A stretch of 64,000 bases of DNA, taken from positions 82,834,001 through 82,898,000 of the forward strand of contig NC_045697.1 of assembly GCF_009834535.1 (NCBI RefSeq), written 5' to 3'. This DNA is from Camelus ferus. Taxonomy: Eukaryota. The notes beneath the pieces are model-generated. The model ran no database searches, was not told the DNA's origin, and worked only from the letters and a program-made list of their open reading frames with translations. Within the stretch, counting starts at the first letter, position 1; each line of letters opens with the position of its first letter. The position numbers were made by a program, and so were the translations under genes. Positions 14,121-27,620 of the stretch are shown piece by piece.

Positions 14121-15750
14121 GTGACTGCGTATCAGCTAATATGGGCCAGATCTAGTACGTAAATTTATGTAACTAATAAGTAGTGCAGCTAGGGGAAGAA
14201 TCCAGTTGGCTTGATTTTTTTTTCCTGTATCCTATCCCTAGCAGCACGTCTTCATGATAGAATGTCACCTTTCAAATATGACGCCATATAGATTAATTTA
14301 TCTTAAGAGTCAGTAGGCTGTCACTGGCAGCAGTGGTGGTGTTAGTTATGGTGGGGGTGGAAACCCCCAGTGTACAAAGTAGGAGATGCTCCTCCCAGGT
14401 CCCCCAGCTGGTAACTGTTCTTAACCAAAAAAGTGTTAAGTGTTTAAAAAGTGACATACAATGAATGCATCCTATTTGAAAATCATACCTGGAACATTTC
14501 TTCTGGGATGTATATGTATTGGGGATGGGAAATGGGGCAAACTTATCATTAGTTAAAAAAGTTGAGGAAACCTGGGCTAGAGATCAGTGTCAAATATCCT
14601 AAACTCTCTGTAGACCAGGATTCTGCAGTAGAATTAATTTGGAATCTGTTCATGAAAAGAATAAAAATATATACAACTTTACATTCAATAGAATATGTAT
14701 ATGTAAATGAAAAACATTTTGTACAAGGGCATAATGTGGTATTCTATCAATAAAATAATAATTCTGGAAACTCCAGATTATGGATAATTTCTTCATGAAA
14801 ACTAAATCCAGAAGGAAAGACACGTCCTTTCAGTTTTAGAAATATCTAAGGCAGTTTGTTATACCTGGGATCTTTAAAACCCAAATCATTTATATGCAGA
14901 CTAATGCACAGTAGTAAAATTGGAAGTGTGGGAGCCAGATTAATAGAAAAATAATCTGCTTTGTAACTGGGTTCTTTATGCTGTTTGTCTGTAAAATTGT
15001 ACTTGCTCTAGCAGTATTTTGAGCATTAAGGGAGATGCGATATTTAAAGTGTTTAAGCAGTGAATGGCACACTTAATAGATATTATCTATTATTATCATT
15101 ATTATATTTAACCTTGCAGTGGGGTTGTTGTGGTAGAGTCATTTAACTTTCATTTATGCCTCAAAATCATCATCTAATAATGAGTTAAGTTAATTAACTA
15201 ACTTGACTCTCCTCTAACTCTTGAAATTAATGCTCTTCTACCACTTCTGAAACTATAGTGCCTGAGAAATTTTAGAAAAAAGAATAGCTTTTCAATTGCA
15301 AATAATTAGAAACAAGTAATAAATCTATACTAGGAAGAATAGATATAAAATATTCCAGAGTCTATCTTTAAGTCTAATTGCAGCTTTCAAAAACCACTGA
15401 ACATATTGAACAAATTTAACATGCCATTGAGCAATATTTTTATTTTGCTGGGAAGCTTGAAAATGCACAATATAGAAATAACGTTTATCATTTGTAGGAT
15501 GTGTCGCCTTCTCTACCAAACATTTTTTTATAGAGAAAGTTGCAACATAAATATTTTTGTTAAATATGGGCTAAAGTTAGCAAATATGCTTTTACCTGGT
15601 AAATTATACCCTATCGGAGGTGAAAAAGTAGAAAGTTCCCAGAGGAACAAATGAATGTAGGCCGAGGAAGAATCACCTGCTATTCTTTATTGTCCTCCTT
15701 TTTTGATATCATTTTATCTTGTTTGGCTATAATATTCTTTTGAGATATAT

Positions 15751-15753
15751 ACA

Positions 15754-15785
<32 letters not shown>
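15751..15785. repeat. (CA)n microsatellite
   Basis: Directly visible. Confidence 0.95.
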
Positions 15786-15787
<2 letters not shown>

Positions 15788-15836
15788 TGTATTCTTACTT
15801 ATGCATGTATAAATGTAAATATATATATTTACTTAC

Positions 15837-16364
15837 TGTTGAGAGTTTAGCTAAGCTGCTCCATGGGATTGTTGCTTTGGCAATGATTTTGTTTGGCCAA
15901 ACAGAGGCAAGGATCTTAAACTGACGCTAGTCCCTCGTGCAAGCACCCCTGCCCTACCTACCAGCTTACAGAGTCACAAGCAAATTTAATTTCCTGATAC
16001 AAATTTCCCAACAGCCTTTGTGATCAAAAGTATTCCTTGCTTTGCAGGGCCTTCTCCCATATGCCCCTTAGATAAGACCCCCTTGGAGCTTATTAAAACC
16101 TTGCTCTCTTTTGTTTGAATTGACCAATCCTGCCTTAACCTGGGAATGTCAAAGAACTCCATCCATGGACCATAATGAAGGGCCCCAGATCCTGTCGCTC
16201 TCTGCCCAGACCCTTCCTTGACCTCCTCTAGAGGCCCCTTGAAATAGTCCATGTGCGTCCTCCAGGCTGTGCAGAAAATAAACTTCTCACTCTCAGTTTC
16301 TCTTGTGGTCTTTTATTAAAACAACACACAGCTCACCATCCTGGACCCTGTGCTCCAATGAACA
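15837..16364 (+). mobile_element. Old ERV solo LTR
   Basis: TG...CA ends (tgttgagag ... atgaaca), GC step-up, CCAAT near 16124, AATAAA 16277-16282; no TSD recognisable. Confidence 0.65.
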
Positions 16365-19160
16365 AATAATTTAATAAAATCATAATTCTTATTCAAATGT
16401 ATGTAACATGTGAAAAGCATAAATGAAAATAAGTTTCTTTCGTTTTGCAACTTGTTATGGTGACCTATTTGTCTTGTTGATCTTTTCAATATTTCTTTAC
16501 TTGATAACGACACAGAATTCCCTTATTAATTTGCAGAAGACAAAATATGTTGCCTCTGAAGGCAAGTGTACACTGAACAGTGGAAAGAGAACACCCCTAC
16601 ATGTCAACAGAAAGCATCTCTGAAAGCTAGAAGGATTAAGAAAGTGGAGATCACAGGTGAGCTGCCAACACTATTTGGTTTTCAGTGTGCATCTGGCATC
16701 CTGAGAAAAAGGGAATGTGGATTTAGAGCAATTGCATATTTATCATTCGAGATTGTTAAGAGATTGAGTATCTCATATATCCACTTGTTCAAGTTTTGTA
16801 AGACCCTAAATAGCACTTTTAAGTAGAGCAATTAATTTTTTTCTTCATTAACTTTAATTATGCTTAGAAGCCTAGAAATCTTGGAGTAATTTCCAAAAAA
16901 AGCCTGCTTACTAAATGGATTTTCTCTAGTTCTAACAAATCAGAATGACTCTAAAAACATCAGTATGAGCCTCATTAAGAAGAAAAAAAAAAAGAAAACC
17001 ATAGAACTCTAGATAAAATATGTTAGTTTAAGGTTATAATTCAAGTATTAAAAAAGTGAACCAGAAGAAGCAAAGTAACTGATTTAATATCTTCCTACTA
17101 TTCTTAAAATATAATTCTATGTAATGAGATATATTAAATACAGAGATTTTCTAAAAAAATTAGTCTCTTGAAGGAAATGTTTAAAAGGCAACCAGCAGGT
17201 GTTCACAGGACACAACTTAGGAACAGAAATGCATTTTCACTATGATAATGGCAACAAATATAACACTGCTCTTATTAAGAGCTATAATGTTAACTAACAT
17301 TTATATCTCTATAACAAGAAGATTCTGACAAATTATTTCATTTAATTATTATTAATATGTTTAAATAACTTTTTTATCTAGTTTTATTGTTTTATGCCAA
17401 ATCTGAGTGAAACAAAGTGATACAGAAATTGGCTTTTCTTAATTAGCAGCATTTTTCTATAAATTATGTTTGATATCAGCATGCATATGCTATAATCTCA
17501 CACTTTTCTGTCAAATTTGAATAATTCAGAAACAAATTGAAGTATTTCACTTAGGAAACAATCAGATACATTCTATTTTCCACTAATTGCCTAAGGTTTT
17601 CACATTTAGCTACTTGCATCTGCATTGATCATAGTGTTTTGCAAAGGAAAATAATTAGCCTTTGAGAAAAAAGGAAAGCTGTTCTTTTCTCCTGCATTAA
17701 AAAAGATAAAACAACTTGACAAGACATTAAGATACTTTAAAAAATGTACATTCAGAAAAGTAACAGTAAAGGAGAGAAGAAAAAAAATCCATAAAAGAGG
17801 AAAAATTATGGTGAAATGCTTTTTGATACAAATTCATTACATGTATAAAGCCTTAATACCTTAAACTTGAACACTTTCCTTTAAAACCATCAGCAAAAAT
17901 TTTTACTTTTAAATTGAAAAATACAGACTGCATTGCCTGTCATTACTACATTATGTAATTAATATTTTCAAAAGTTCATAACATAGGCAAATATCCAGTG
18001 CATTTTAGATCTGAAGAAAATCTTAACTTTTCTGTATAATGATAATTATGTTATTTACTATTCTGCCTTCACATTTTCATGATATGGTAAAATTAAAGTA
18101 TAGATTTATATTGTCAGAAAAAAATTGATAATTTCTTTCCTATTATCACTGCTTTTCTTCCTCAAAAGTTTGGTTAAAATGGTTTTTCCACTGAATTGAC
18201 TGATGCTATCATTATTCATAGTGAATGAACTTGATATTTTGACATTGCTTACAAACATAAGCCTTAAAACTATGCCTTACACATCATAGGGACATGAGGT
18301 GTACAATTTGATTGAAATAAAAATGTTAGAATCATCAAAGCTAGATTTTGTTCTCCTGCCTCATTTTAATAATTCTCCGTAGGCTTGAACCAGGTCCAGT
18401 ATAATAGCATGTCTTTTCCAAAAGCTTTACTAATAACTTTGTGAAGTCAGTCAATAATTCTAGAAGTATGCTCTAGTTGCATGCAGAAGTTCTGTGCAAA
18501 TATACCAGTGTAACACTGTGGTTCAAAGTGTCTTATCTAAAAACAATAGAGAAGATGGTAACATCTCCTTTGTAATGAGTACTCAAAATACTAACTTCAA
18601 TTGTTATCGGTAAGTGAATTTTCATAAAATTGTCATACTATTTCCCATAATGTTTGCTTAATGCATAGTCCATCCTTTTGTCTTCTTAAGTCATTATTTA
18701 ATCTCTTCAGACATTGCTAGAGGGTGGTAACTGAATGACCCACTCTATCTTGATACAATTTATACTCAATTAGTATTAGATTACCCTGAATGATACTGGA
18801 ACTTTATCTTTTATGTAGATACTGCATTCGAGTGGGACTAAGTCAATGAGTTTAGAAAATTTTAAATGTAACATGAATTGTCATTATTTTGCTCACTCAA
18901 GCAGTCAAAAAAGAGACATACTATTTGAATGTGAAAGGCTTGGTTTCCTTTAGTCCATACAGAACTGTAAATAACTGTACACTGACACACACAAAATCCT
19001 GCTGCTGCTATTATAACAAGTATTATTTTCAAAAAATTGATATACAGATAGTTACATAGAACTCCATATTTGTTTAAAATGGATAATGGATGGAAAGACA
19101 CTTCTATATTTCTTTATGTATTATCTATCTATCTATATTTTATTTTTTAAAAACCTGCTT

Positions 19161-19675
19161 TGTCAAAGCCCTTCAGCTGAAAATCACCAGGAATATAACA
19201 GCGGTTGATCAAGTTGGGTGTATGACTCCTTGCAGGTGAGGGAGAAACATCACCATGGGAGATGGGGAGCTCAGGAAGAGGGTATGAGAAAGAATCCATC
19301 ATAAGCCTGGTATTTTGGCTTGGCAATTTGGGGGAGTGTTTAAGGAAGCAGAGATATGCTCTAGATCAGGTGCTTTCAGAAAGTGGGGACAATTCTATGC
19401 TTGGGTTTCTTAATAAATCTTATCTATGTGGAGGGCAAATTAGAGCCTGGATGAAACTGTAATTAATGAACAGGTAGTAGCACTCATTTTACCTGAAAAA
19501 TGGGGACGTTTGGTATCTTGTGGTTTTCACTGTGACGCTGTTTTTGTCTCACTTTATCATGTTGCATGATGTTGATAGTCTTCAAGATTGTTTATATCTG
19601 ACTGGAGAAAAACATAGCCTAGCTATGAACCAGGAATTAGTTCCTGATGTCGGGGATATCCTTATTTCTCTCTTA
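19161..19675 (-). mobile_element. Ancient eutherian LTR (LTR78/LTR79-like)
   Basis: gttgatcaagttgggtgtatgactccttgcag...caccatggga pattern; a related fragment lies at ~62140-62280. Confidence 0.65.
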
Positions 19676-19894
19676 GTGTATTACCATAAGATACATAGAC
19701 AGCTAGTGATACACAGAAATATGGGTGAACAGAGATACTCATTCTAAATCTCTCAATATATTTCAATCATGTCAATCCACTTACATGTATATATGTATGT
19801 GTATATGTGTAAATGCAAAATATGCTTAGTATTGATAAAACTTTTGCATATTATCATGTCTTTTCAATTGTTTATTATCTCAGAATACATTTAT

Positions 19895-20495
19895 ATCAAA
19901 CAAATATTTATTAACTAATTACTGTGTTCTAAGTACTAGAGGTACATTAATAGAACTGCACAGAATTTCTTTCTTCATGAAGTTTATATTCCAGTTGGAG
20001 GAAGAAAGACAAACACAATAAAAAACCTACAAGGAAGTACTTAATGTTTCAGATAACAATAAGTTATATTGAGAAAAATAAAGGATAATAAACTACATTA
20101 GAAGTTTTGAGAGGAAGGTAGTCAGGGAAGTTCTCATTGCATTAATGCCAAGATCTGAACAAAGAAAACGAATCACATGGATTTTAGGGAAGAACATTCC
20201 AGGTAGTAGGAGCAGAAAGTTTAGATGCCTTGAGAAAGGAACATGTCTCTGTCATCAAAGAGCGGGTTACAGGAAGTTGACTTAGGAGAGAAAAATAGGT
20301 GACGGAGTCATGAGAGTAGTGAGCATGTCAAATTATGCCATATTTTTATGTCAATTTTAAAAATGGGTGTAATATAGTGCGATTAGCTTTCAGAAGAATC
20401 ACAGGGGCAACTTGTAGAGAATGAAGCATGAAATTTGGTTAAAGGTGAAAATGGTAAAAACTGTTAGGAGCAATTGTAATAATTTATGGGAGAAA
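19895..20495 (-). mobile_element. LINE-2 3' region
   Basis: caaacaaatatttattaactaattactgtgttctaagtact ... ggggaagaacattccaggtag antisense L2 motifs. Confidence 0.8.
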
Positions 20496-20785
20496 TACTG
20501 TTAATTCATTAACAATCTGCTTGTTGAAGTGAATCTTGTACTAGAGTACAGGAAATACTTATTCAACATATATCTTCTCTTACTTTGAGGGGGCTTTCAA
20601 TTTTGACTTTTTTAATTGAAGTGGTTAATGGAGTATCATATTTGAAATATGCAAAATTCTATATCGAGGTATATACAATCTAATAAGTACAAAAATGGTG
20701 TTAAAATGAATATTCATAAAACTTTTTAAAGATTGCAATTGAGAAACTATACAATATCTTTACTGACTTTCTACAGAGAGCAGAG

Positions 20786-20840
20786 TAATTGGGCTAAGTA
20801 ATTGGGCTAATTAATTGGGCTAATTACTCTAATTGGGCTA
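20786..20840. repeat. Tandem repeat, 4 x TAATTGGGCTA
   Basis: Copies start at 20786, 20799, 20812 and 20830. Confidence 0.95.
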
Positions 20841-21986
20841 TGGTGCCATATAGTTTTTTGATGGGTCAGATATTTCTAGTCAATCACAAGGCTTATTCTC
20901 TGCATCTAAATTCCAGATGTGGACAAGAATAGCAAGTTTTCACTTGTTTATACGTTATTGTTGATTATTAGTTGCCATTGAGATTCCTTTAGAATCTTTG
21001 GAAAGATTCCAAAACTGCTCACAAATAAGATAAATCAAATGGTTTATTTATGAAATATTATTTCACATTGAATATATTTCATTATAGACAAACATACTAA
21101 CAAAGTAGTGGCTACATTATCTAATCATCTTTGGATACTTTTTAAATGAGAACAAATTATCATTGATCTTATCTACATGAAATTTATAAAATTTATCTCT
21201 ATATAGTAGGTCAAAAAAAAAGCAAGTCACAAATGTAATAATTTTTGCTATCTTTTTCAGATACAAGTGGTTCATAACAGTATTGAAATAAAGCAAATAT
21301 GCAAATCACATAGGCTTATTTGCATGCACATCACACAGCAGTAAATCCCTATCCTCTTGTCTTTTCCTCCTGAGTCCTATTTCAGCATCATTATCACTGA
21401 CGGGGCAGTGTTAAGTAAGGCGGTGTTAACTTTTAGGAACACATTTATGAGCTACTAATCAATTATTTACAATCCTAGAGAAAACAGAGACTTGTTTAAA
21501 TGCACACAATATTTATAGAAGCTCTAGCTATTACTGCTACTAAAGGAAGTCTAGCAGAAGAACATGTTCTATGTTAGAAAACAAGTTCAAACTTGCCGTT
21601 GTAAATTGGGAGAATCTTGACTTTTCTGGAAACTTGTTTTTAAAAGGAAACTATATGTCACGACTTAGAAGTTAATTAACTCAGGTAATAATGGCTTTTA
21701 AACAGAAAATTAATAGCCATACTTGGTTTTGAAGTATCTTCACTCAGATTCTTTTTTAAGGTTTGCCTTTATTAGCTAAAAATATAAGCAAATTAATTGC
21801 ATGTTTTTATGTATAACAGTATTTTCTGAGTCTAATCTAAATTAAAAATGTGACTTTTCAAAAAATAATGTATGAAGGGACTCCAAGATTACTCAAGTAA
21901 AATAAAGTTACATAAAGAGTATCTTCAATATTATAGTTTAAAAGAAGAAATTTTAGAAGTAGCATGTTTACCAAGTTTGAAATTAC

Positions 21987-22631
21987 TGTTTCCGATGCAG
22001 GAAAAACGGATATGGGACATGAGGAGGGCTGTGTCCTAGGCTTCAGCTGAGCCCTGGGACATGCCCTGCCAATTGTGGGTCCTTGCCTTCATGCAGGAAA
22101 GAATTCAAGAGCGAGCCACAGTTGAGTAGAGATAGATTTATTCAGAGAGATACTTTGAAAGGCAAGAGAAAAGCCACAAGGTGTTGGGGTTGGGTGCTCA
22201 GATTAGAGTAAAAGTAGGTACACATTCCATAGGCAGAGTGTGGGCCATCTCCAAACAGGGGGTGGGAGAGAGAGAGGCAGGGGCCGAGGCACCGTGTTGC
22301 CAGTTTTTATAGGCTCAGTGGCTTCATATGCTAATAAGTGGAAGGACCAGTCTAACTAGCCTGGGGAGCGTGCTGGGATTCCCAGGAAGTTGGCCATTTC
22401 CCACTCTTTGACCTTTTGTGGCTAGCCTTGGGACTGCTATGGTGCCTGTGGGCGTTATTCACCATGTTACTATATTACAACAAGGGTATAATGAAGTTCA
22501 AGATCTGCTAGAAGTCAAATCTCCCACCATCTTGAGCCTCAAGGCCTACGGGGGGTTGAATCTTCCACCATTTTGATGTTAATTGCTGTAGCATTCCTTG
22601 AATGGCTGTGCCCTGCCCCCTTCCTGTCTCA
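21987..22631 (-). mobile_element. ERV1 solo LTR
   Basis: TG..CA ends; minus-strand TATAAAAA (22304-22311) and AATAAA (22137-22142); 4-bp TSD ttac/tttc (3/4). Confidence 0.9.
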
Positions 22632-22686
22632 TTTCTACACGTGATATTGAAGGTTGGGTGGTGGGCTCTAAAGTCTTACACATGAT

Positions 22687-23530
22687 TGTTAGCCACTAGT
22701 GAGACCCCTAAATTAGGAAGCCCACCAAAGTGTGGGGTCTTGCCTGCCAGCTGGAAAGAATTCACAAATGAGGCAGAGGGGCAGAGTGAAACTATTTTTA
22801 TTCCTCAAAAGAGGAAAAGTAAGAAAAGTGCTCAAGTAGGGAAAGGAAGCACTTGAGCGGGGAGCCATCAGGCAAGATGGGCGGTAGAGACAGCTCCAGC
22901 CGGCTCGGCCACGTGGACTTTTATGGGAGACTTCTGCCACTATGTCCTCTTTCTGGGTGTGATGGAGCCAATCAGTCTTTGTTCAAGCTTTTCAGTCCTC
23001 TTGTATGGGCTTCTGGTTATTGCCACTGTCATGGTGCTGGTTGGGCGTGTCACTTAGCATGCTAATACACTGCAATGAGTGTATAATGAGGCTCAAGGTT
23101 CACTGGAAATCAAATCCTCCACCATCTTGGGTTCTAACCAGTTGTTTCTTCTCTGCAACTGCCTCCTGAGACTTAGATAAGAGTATTTGGTTTCTATTTG
23201 AGGGAGGGGCAGAGGTATCATCTTGAGGGCAACAGCCTTGGTAACAAAAAGGAAAGTTGCTTTTAATCAGAATGCTTGCAATCTGGTGGACCCAGCATCC
23301 CCCTCCAAAAAACAAACAAACAAAAAATCTCCAAAGATTTTGTTCAGCCATGAAATTTTTAAAGGGAAAGGAAGGCATACTCTCAGTTAATCATTGAGAT
23401 AGGTGGTCAGAGTCCTTGTCATCCCCCAGTGCCTGCAGGCTTGTCTTACCAACTGCTTGAGCCTGCTCTTCTGTGACTCAAGGAGGCCTGGGAAACTTCA
23501 GCTTTTCTATAAATGAGAGGCAGGATACCT
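22687..23530 (-). mobile_element. Further ERV1 LTR(s), probably two abutting or nested pieces
   Basis: Shares blocks with the preceding LTR (ggaaagaattca, gtataatga.g.tcaag, aaatc.tcccaccatcttg); second LTR-like block after ~23240; internal boundary unresolved. Confidence 0.75.
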
Positions 23531-23829
23531 GCTTGGTATCATGATTTCAAATTCAGATTTCCTCATTTATTTTTAATTTATTTGGGGCATTTTTTTAAAT
23601 TTCTGAGTTTTATTTTCTTCATCCTGTACATGGGAATAATGATAGAATCCACCTTGCAAAATCACTTCTGGATATGTGTGATAATCTATGCAGAGCACTC
23701 AGTACAGTAACCTTCACAAAGGAAGCAATACTGTGAAGAGTTACAACTCAAGTAAGGATGCTACCTTTCTTTAAAATGTTTTATTATGAAAATTTTTTAT
23801 GTATGTATGTATTTAAATATATACAAAAG

Positions 23830-24800
23830 TAGAGAATTATTTAAAATGCATGGCAAAATTTAGAATTAATGGAGAATATTAATAAATGTGACTGTATAAT
23901 TTTAAATACATGACAAATATCAATATAAGCAAAGTAAGAAACCAAATGAAATAATGTATATCAGAGACAAAAATTTAACAATTCTAACATGAAAAAGTCA
24001 TCTAAAAATAAAAGATAAAAAGGTACTAACCCTGAAGAAAAATGAACTAGAAACATGAACAGAACAAATGTACTTTTAACCACATGAAAAGATACAAAAC
24101 CTCTTTCATCATAACAGAAATGAGTCAAAATTAAGAAAACATTTCTCACCCAGTAGATTGGCAAAACAAAAGAATCTGAAAATTATTTGGCAAAGCTGTG
24201 GGGAATTCTCACATGATGTAAATATAAATTAATGCAATCTCTATGAAAAAGAACTTGATCATAACTTTAAAAATTGCATATCTACTTACTGTTTGGCCCA
24301 GCAGTGCCATCCTAGAAATCTGTTTCAGAGATCTATAGGCAAAAATATGAAAATACAATATATTTAAGACACCTAGTAATAGCAAAAGCCTGAAAGCAAA
24401 GCAAGTAGCCATCACTAGAAGATTGGCTGAATAAACAATAGCACATCAAGAACATAGAATACTGAGAGCAAAAAGAGACAAAAAATAATCTTAGAGTATT
24501 GCTAGGTACCACTATAGCATGATCTTCAGTGTTTATTATTAATTGAAAAAAGCAAAGTTGATAAAGCTCTTTATACTCTTAATACTGTTAGGGAGATGTT
24601 AATACAAACACATATATGTACTTATTTGTATATGCACATACACGTATATTATGATATATATGACAATATGATTTTCTTATATTAAAATAGAATAAGCAAA
24701 ATTTAAAAGAAAAGATTATCTAATACAAGGAAAAGAGCAGAGTTCAAGGGACAGAGATAAAAGTAATATTGCTTTTAAACACATTTTAAATTTTTCTGGG
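23830..24800 (+). mobile_element. Ancient L1 (L1ME-like) 3' region
   Basis: catttctcacccagtagattggcaaaa, tttggcccagcagtgccatcctagaaatct, ttggctgaataaacaatagcacatc. Confidence 0.75.
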
Positions 24801-25546
24801 CTTCAGCAGTGTAGCAAATATTCAGTACATTTAAAAATGAAAACTGTTTATAGACTTGATAAATATTGTCTTGCAAATAATAGAGCATTTTAAGTTAGAG
24901 ATTTTACAGAATACACACAATAAAACATATTAGAATAGGATACAGTGAAATAATTTCACTCAACCTTTCTTATTCTACTGAGGTTGCTTCTGTATTACTG
25001 TGCTTGTCTTAGAATTATCTTAGAATTAATGTCACATGAAGATTGGAAATAGGTTGAGATAGGTTTTCACATCAGTGTACCAACAGCAAAGATAGTATCA
25101 AAAAGTTATACAGTGGTGCTAGTGGTAAGAAAATAACTAAGTTCTGTAAAATAAAACTAACTAACTATTGCAAGTGTCCAATTATATGTTAGTATTTGTT
25201 CTGAAATAAAAAGCCTAATAGAAATGCTGTGCCACAGATTGCTTTGAGATTGGTTTAGACAACATCTTTTACTTAATCCCTCTAGCAGTGATCCAAGTCC
25301 TACACTAAAGATGTTACAGCAAATATTCTTTAGAGCTAGAATGAAATTTATCATAGTCCCAATTAAGAAATATTTATCTTTCCAGTGGAAAGAGAAGGGA
25401 ATGAATTATGTCGCCGACATCCACAACATATTTTTACTGTGCTTCTATAAGCTATTTTTTTCCAATTCTTCTTAAATTATTTGCCAGTTGAGAAGGCAAA
25501 ATTGTAAAAAATGTTGTTCATCCAAAACTGATTATGGAACAACCCT

Positions 25547-26265
25547 GTAGCGACTTTGCTTAGAAAAAGCACTATTGATTGTCTTTACATCTGTTCCCTT
25601 TCTTCTTCCTTATAAATAGAACCCCACTTGTGTTCATTCTTCTGTGAGCCACCAACAAATGCTGGGCCTTTCTGGACCCATAGGGAGTGAATTATGGTAG
25701 GTCTAAATTGTTCTTGCTGACCTTAATCCCCTTGACAAATAATAGGCTTTAGCATGGTCATGCAATGCACATTTGCTCAGTGGAACAATAGAGGAAGTTT
25801 GCTGAAGTTTTTTTCAAAAAGCCTCTCTTACACTTACACAAGGAGAGACAAAAGCATTCCCATTTTCTTCGACAGTGTTACTGCCTGCATGTGATGCCTG
25901 GTACTAGTGACAACCATCTTGGAACCATGAGAGAAGGAAACATAAGAGGATGATGCTTAGGATGTTAGTGCAGATAAATATAACAGAACCTGGGCTTTGG
26001 GGAATATTGTTGAGCCATTGAAATGATCCAACTGTGGGACTACACTTTATCAAGACTATTGTTATATGAGATAATAAATGACATTATTTTAAGTTATTTT
26101 TTCCTCCTTTTTTTTTTTTTTTTTTTTAATGAGGTGTTGGAGATAGAACCCAGGGCCTGGTACATGCTAAGCCCATGCTCTGAGCTGTTGCCTCCCGCCC
26201 CGTTTGAAGTTATTTTGAGTATGTTTCTTTTTACTTGCATCCAAATGCATATTAACTGAGATATT
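25547..26265 (+). mobile_element. MaLR (MLT1-like) LTR interrupted by a SINE
   Basis: gtgatgcctggtactagtgacaaccatcttggaaccatgaga; 3' ttacttgcatccaaatgcatattaactga. Confidence 0.75.
26101..26202 (-). mobile_element. tRNA-derived SINE, camelid Vic-1-like
   Basis: Minus strand GGGG...agctcagagcatgggcttagcatgtaccaggccctgggttctatctccaacacctca + poly(A); 14-bp TSD ttttaagttatttt / tttgaagttatttt. Confidence 0.85.
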
Positions 26266-26600
26266 TTATATTACAGAATGTTCTTAATTTTATCCAAAAC
26301 ATGGGAAGGATTTTTCCCCCTAAAATATCATTTTCAATATATTACCTTGAATTAACTAACAACTGAATACATCAAGTTTTATCTTCTATGCCTACTTTTT
26401 AAAGGCTCTATTAGCTGCTCATGTCCTCTGCCCTTTGCTATTAACTTTCTTCTGTGCTCTCCATGTCTATTAATTTTCTCTTGTTGTTTCTCCAAAGGTT
26501 CCCATTTTTCTATTTATCTAAACCTTACCAACCTATTTTGTGCCCCCAAAACTCTAACTGATTCTACTTATTAGATCTTTTTCCCTGCAATAATGCATCG

Positions 26601-27042
26601 TGTATGATCAGACCACTCAAGATGGCTGTCCTCTTGCTCTCTGTACATCCCCTGCTCCACCAGTGCCTTCTTTACCTACACCTAACTCATATGACTGATC
26701 TTCCTACATACCTGCCCCATGCCCCAGCTGGTGATTGTTCTTATCAAAGGGGTGGTGAGGGGCATGCCCCTCTGCTGGTTTCCCTGGTAACCAATGAGCC
26801 AACCTGAAGTTAACTCCCCCTATAACTACTAATCTCCTCCTGTCTGGGGAGCAAAGACCGCCGCCATGCCTGCCCACTATTTGCCACACACAGTGGGGAG
26901 TCACTTCAGGACCCTGCTTCAGACATGCAAGATACCCCCTATCCATGAAACCATTGATGTCTCTGTTGCTGACTTTGGCTCTTTCTTTGGTCTTGAAGCT
27001 GGGCAAGCATAGGCTTTTAGGCCTGCATGGTGCAGCCCAACA
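26601..27042 (+). mobile_element. ERV solo LTR (copy A; same family as 49503-49918)
   Basis: TG..CA ends; CCAAT 26791-26795 and TATAA 26821; aligns by eye end-to-end with copy B; flanks atcg/atct. Confidence 0.92.
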
Positions 27043-27192
27043 ATCTGATATCAATATACTTGATCAGATGGAAAACATGCATATATCACTGCTTTATTCT
27101 TCCATATTTAATAGAAATATTAATGCTAATGAAGAGCTCATTTCTTTCCAACAGGAGTGGTGAGCAAGAAGATATGCTACTAAATTAAATAC

Positions 27193-27620
27193 TGTCAAAA
27201 ATCCAGAAATAGCAAAATTAAAACCACCAAATCATTAATAGTATTTAGTAAGAGTTTATTATGTATGTAAAAATGGTTCTCACACTGGGAACTTTCAAAG
27301 TAAAACTGATACGAAGCTCAGGGCATGAAGTTACGGGATGGCTTATAAAATAAAACTGAGGAAGTTGTTAACCTTTACAATGACTGGTTATTACAAGGGG
27401 GTTTTCCAGATGCAGGAGAATGGTTAAAAGTCATAACCATATTTAGGAAGATGACTTGTGTCTCTTATGTTTGTCAGAAGCATTCACAAGAAATGCCTAG
27501 GTTAAGTTTTGGTTATGTTCATGAAATAAGCTAGATTTAATTTTGCTTATATGGCTTACATGGGTTTGTCTGCTCAAGGAATTCTCAATTCTGATCTCCA
27601 TTTTGTATTTAACTTTAACA
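27193..27620 (-). mobile_element. Old ERV1 solo LTR (MER89/MER110-like)
   Basis: Minus-strand start tgttaaagttaaatacaaaatggagatcag...gagcagacaaa, end ttttgaca. Confidence 0.7.

Noticed and set aside
20786..20840. CRISPR-like or telomeric array
   Set aside because: No unique spacers, eukaryotic context, and the unit is not TTAGGG
26125..26202. Functional tRNA gene
   Set aside because: Poly(A) tail, TSD and a damaged D-arm/A-box indicate a SINE
26604..27054. Paralogous small-protein genes (also 49496-49981)
   Set aside because: Similar peptides simply reflect two copies of the same LTR; the frames are not preserved between copies
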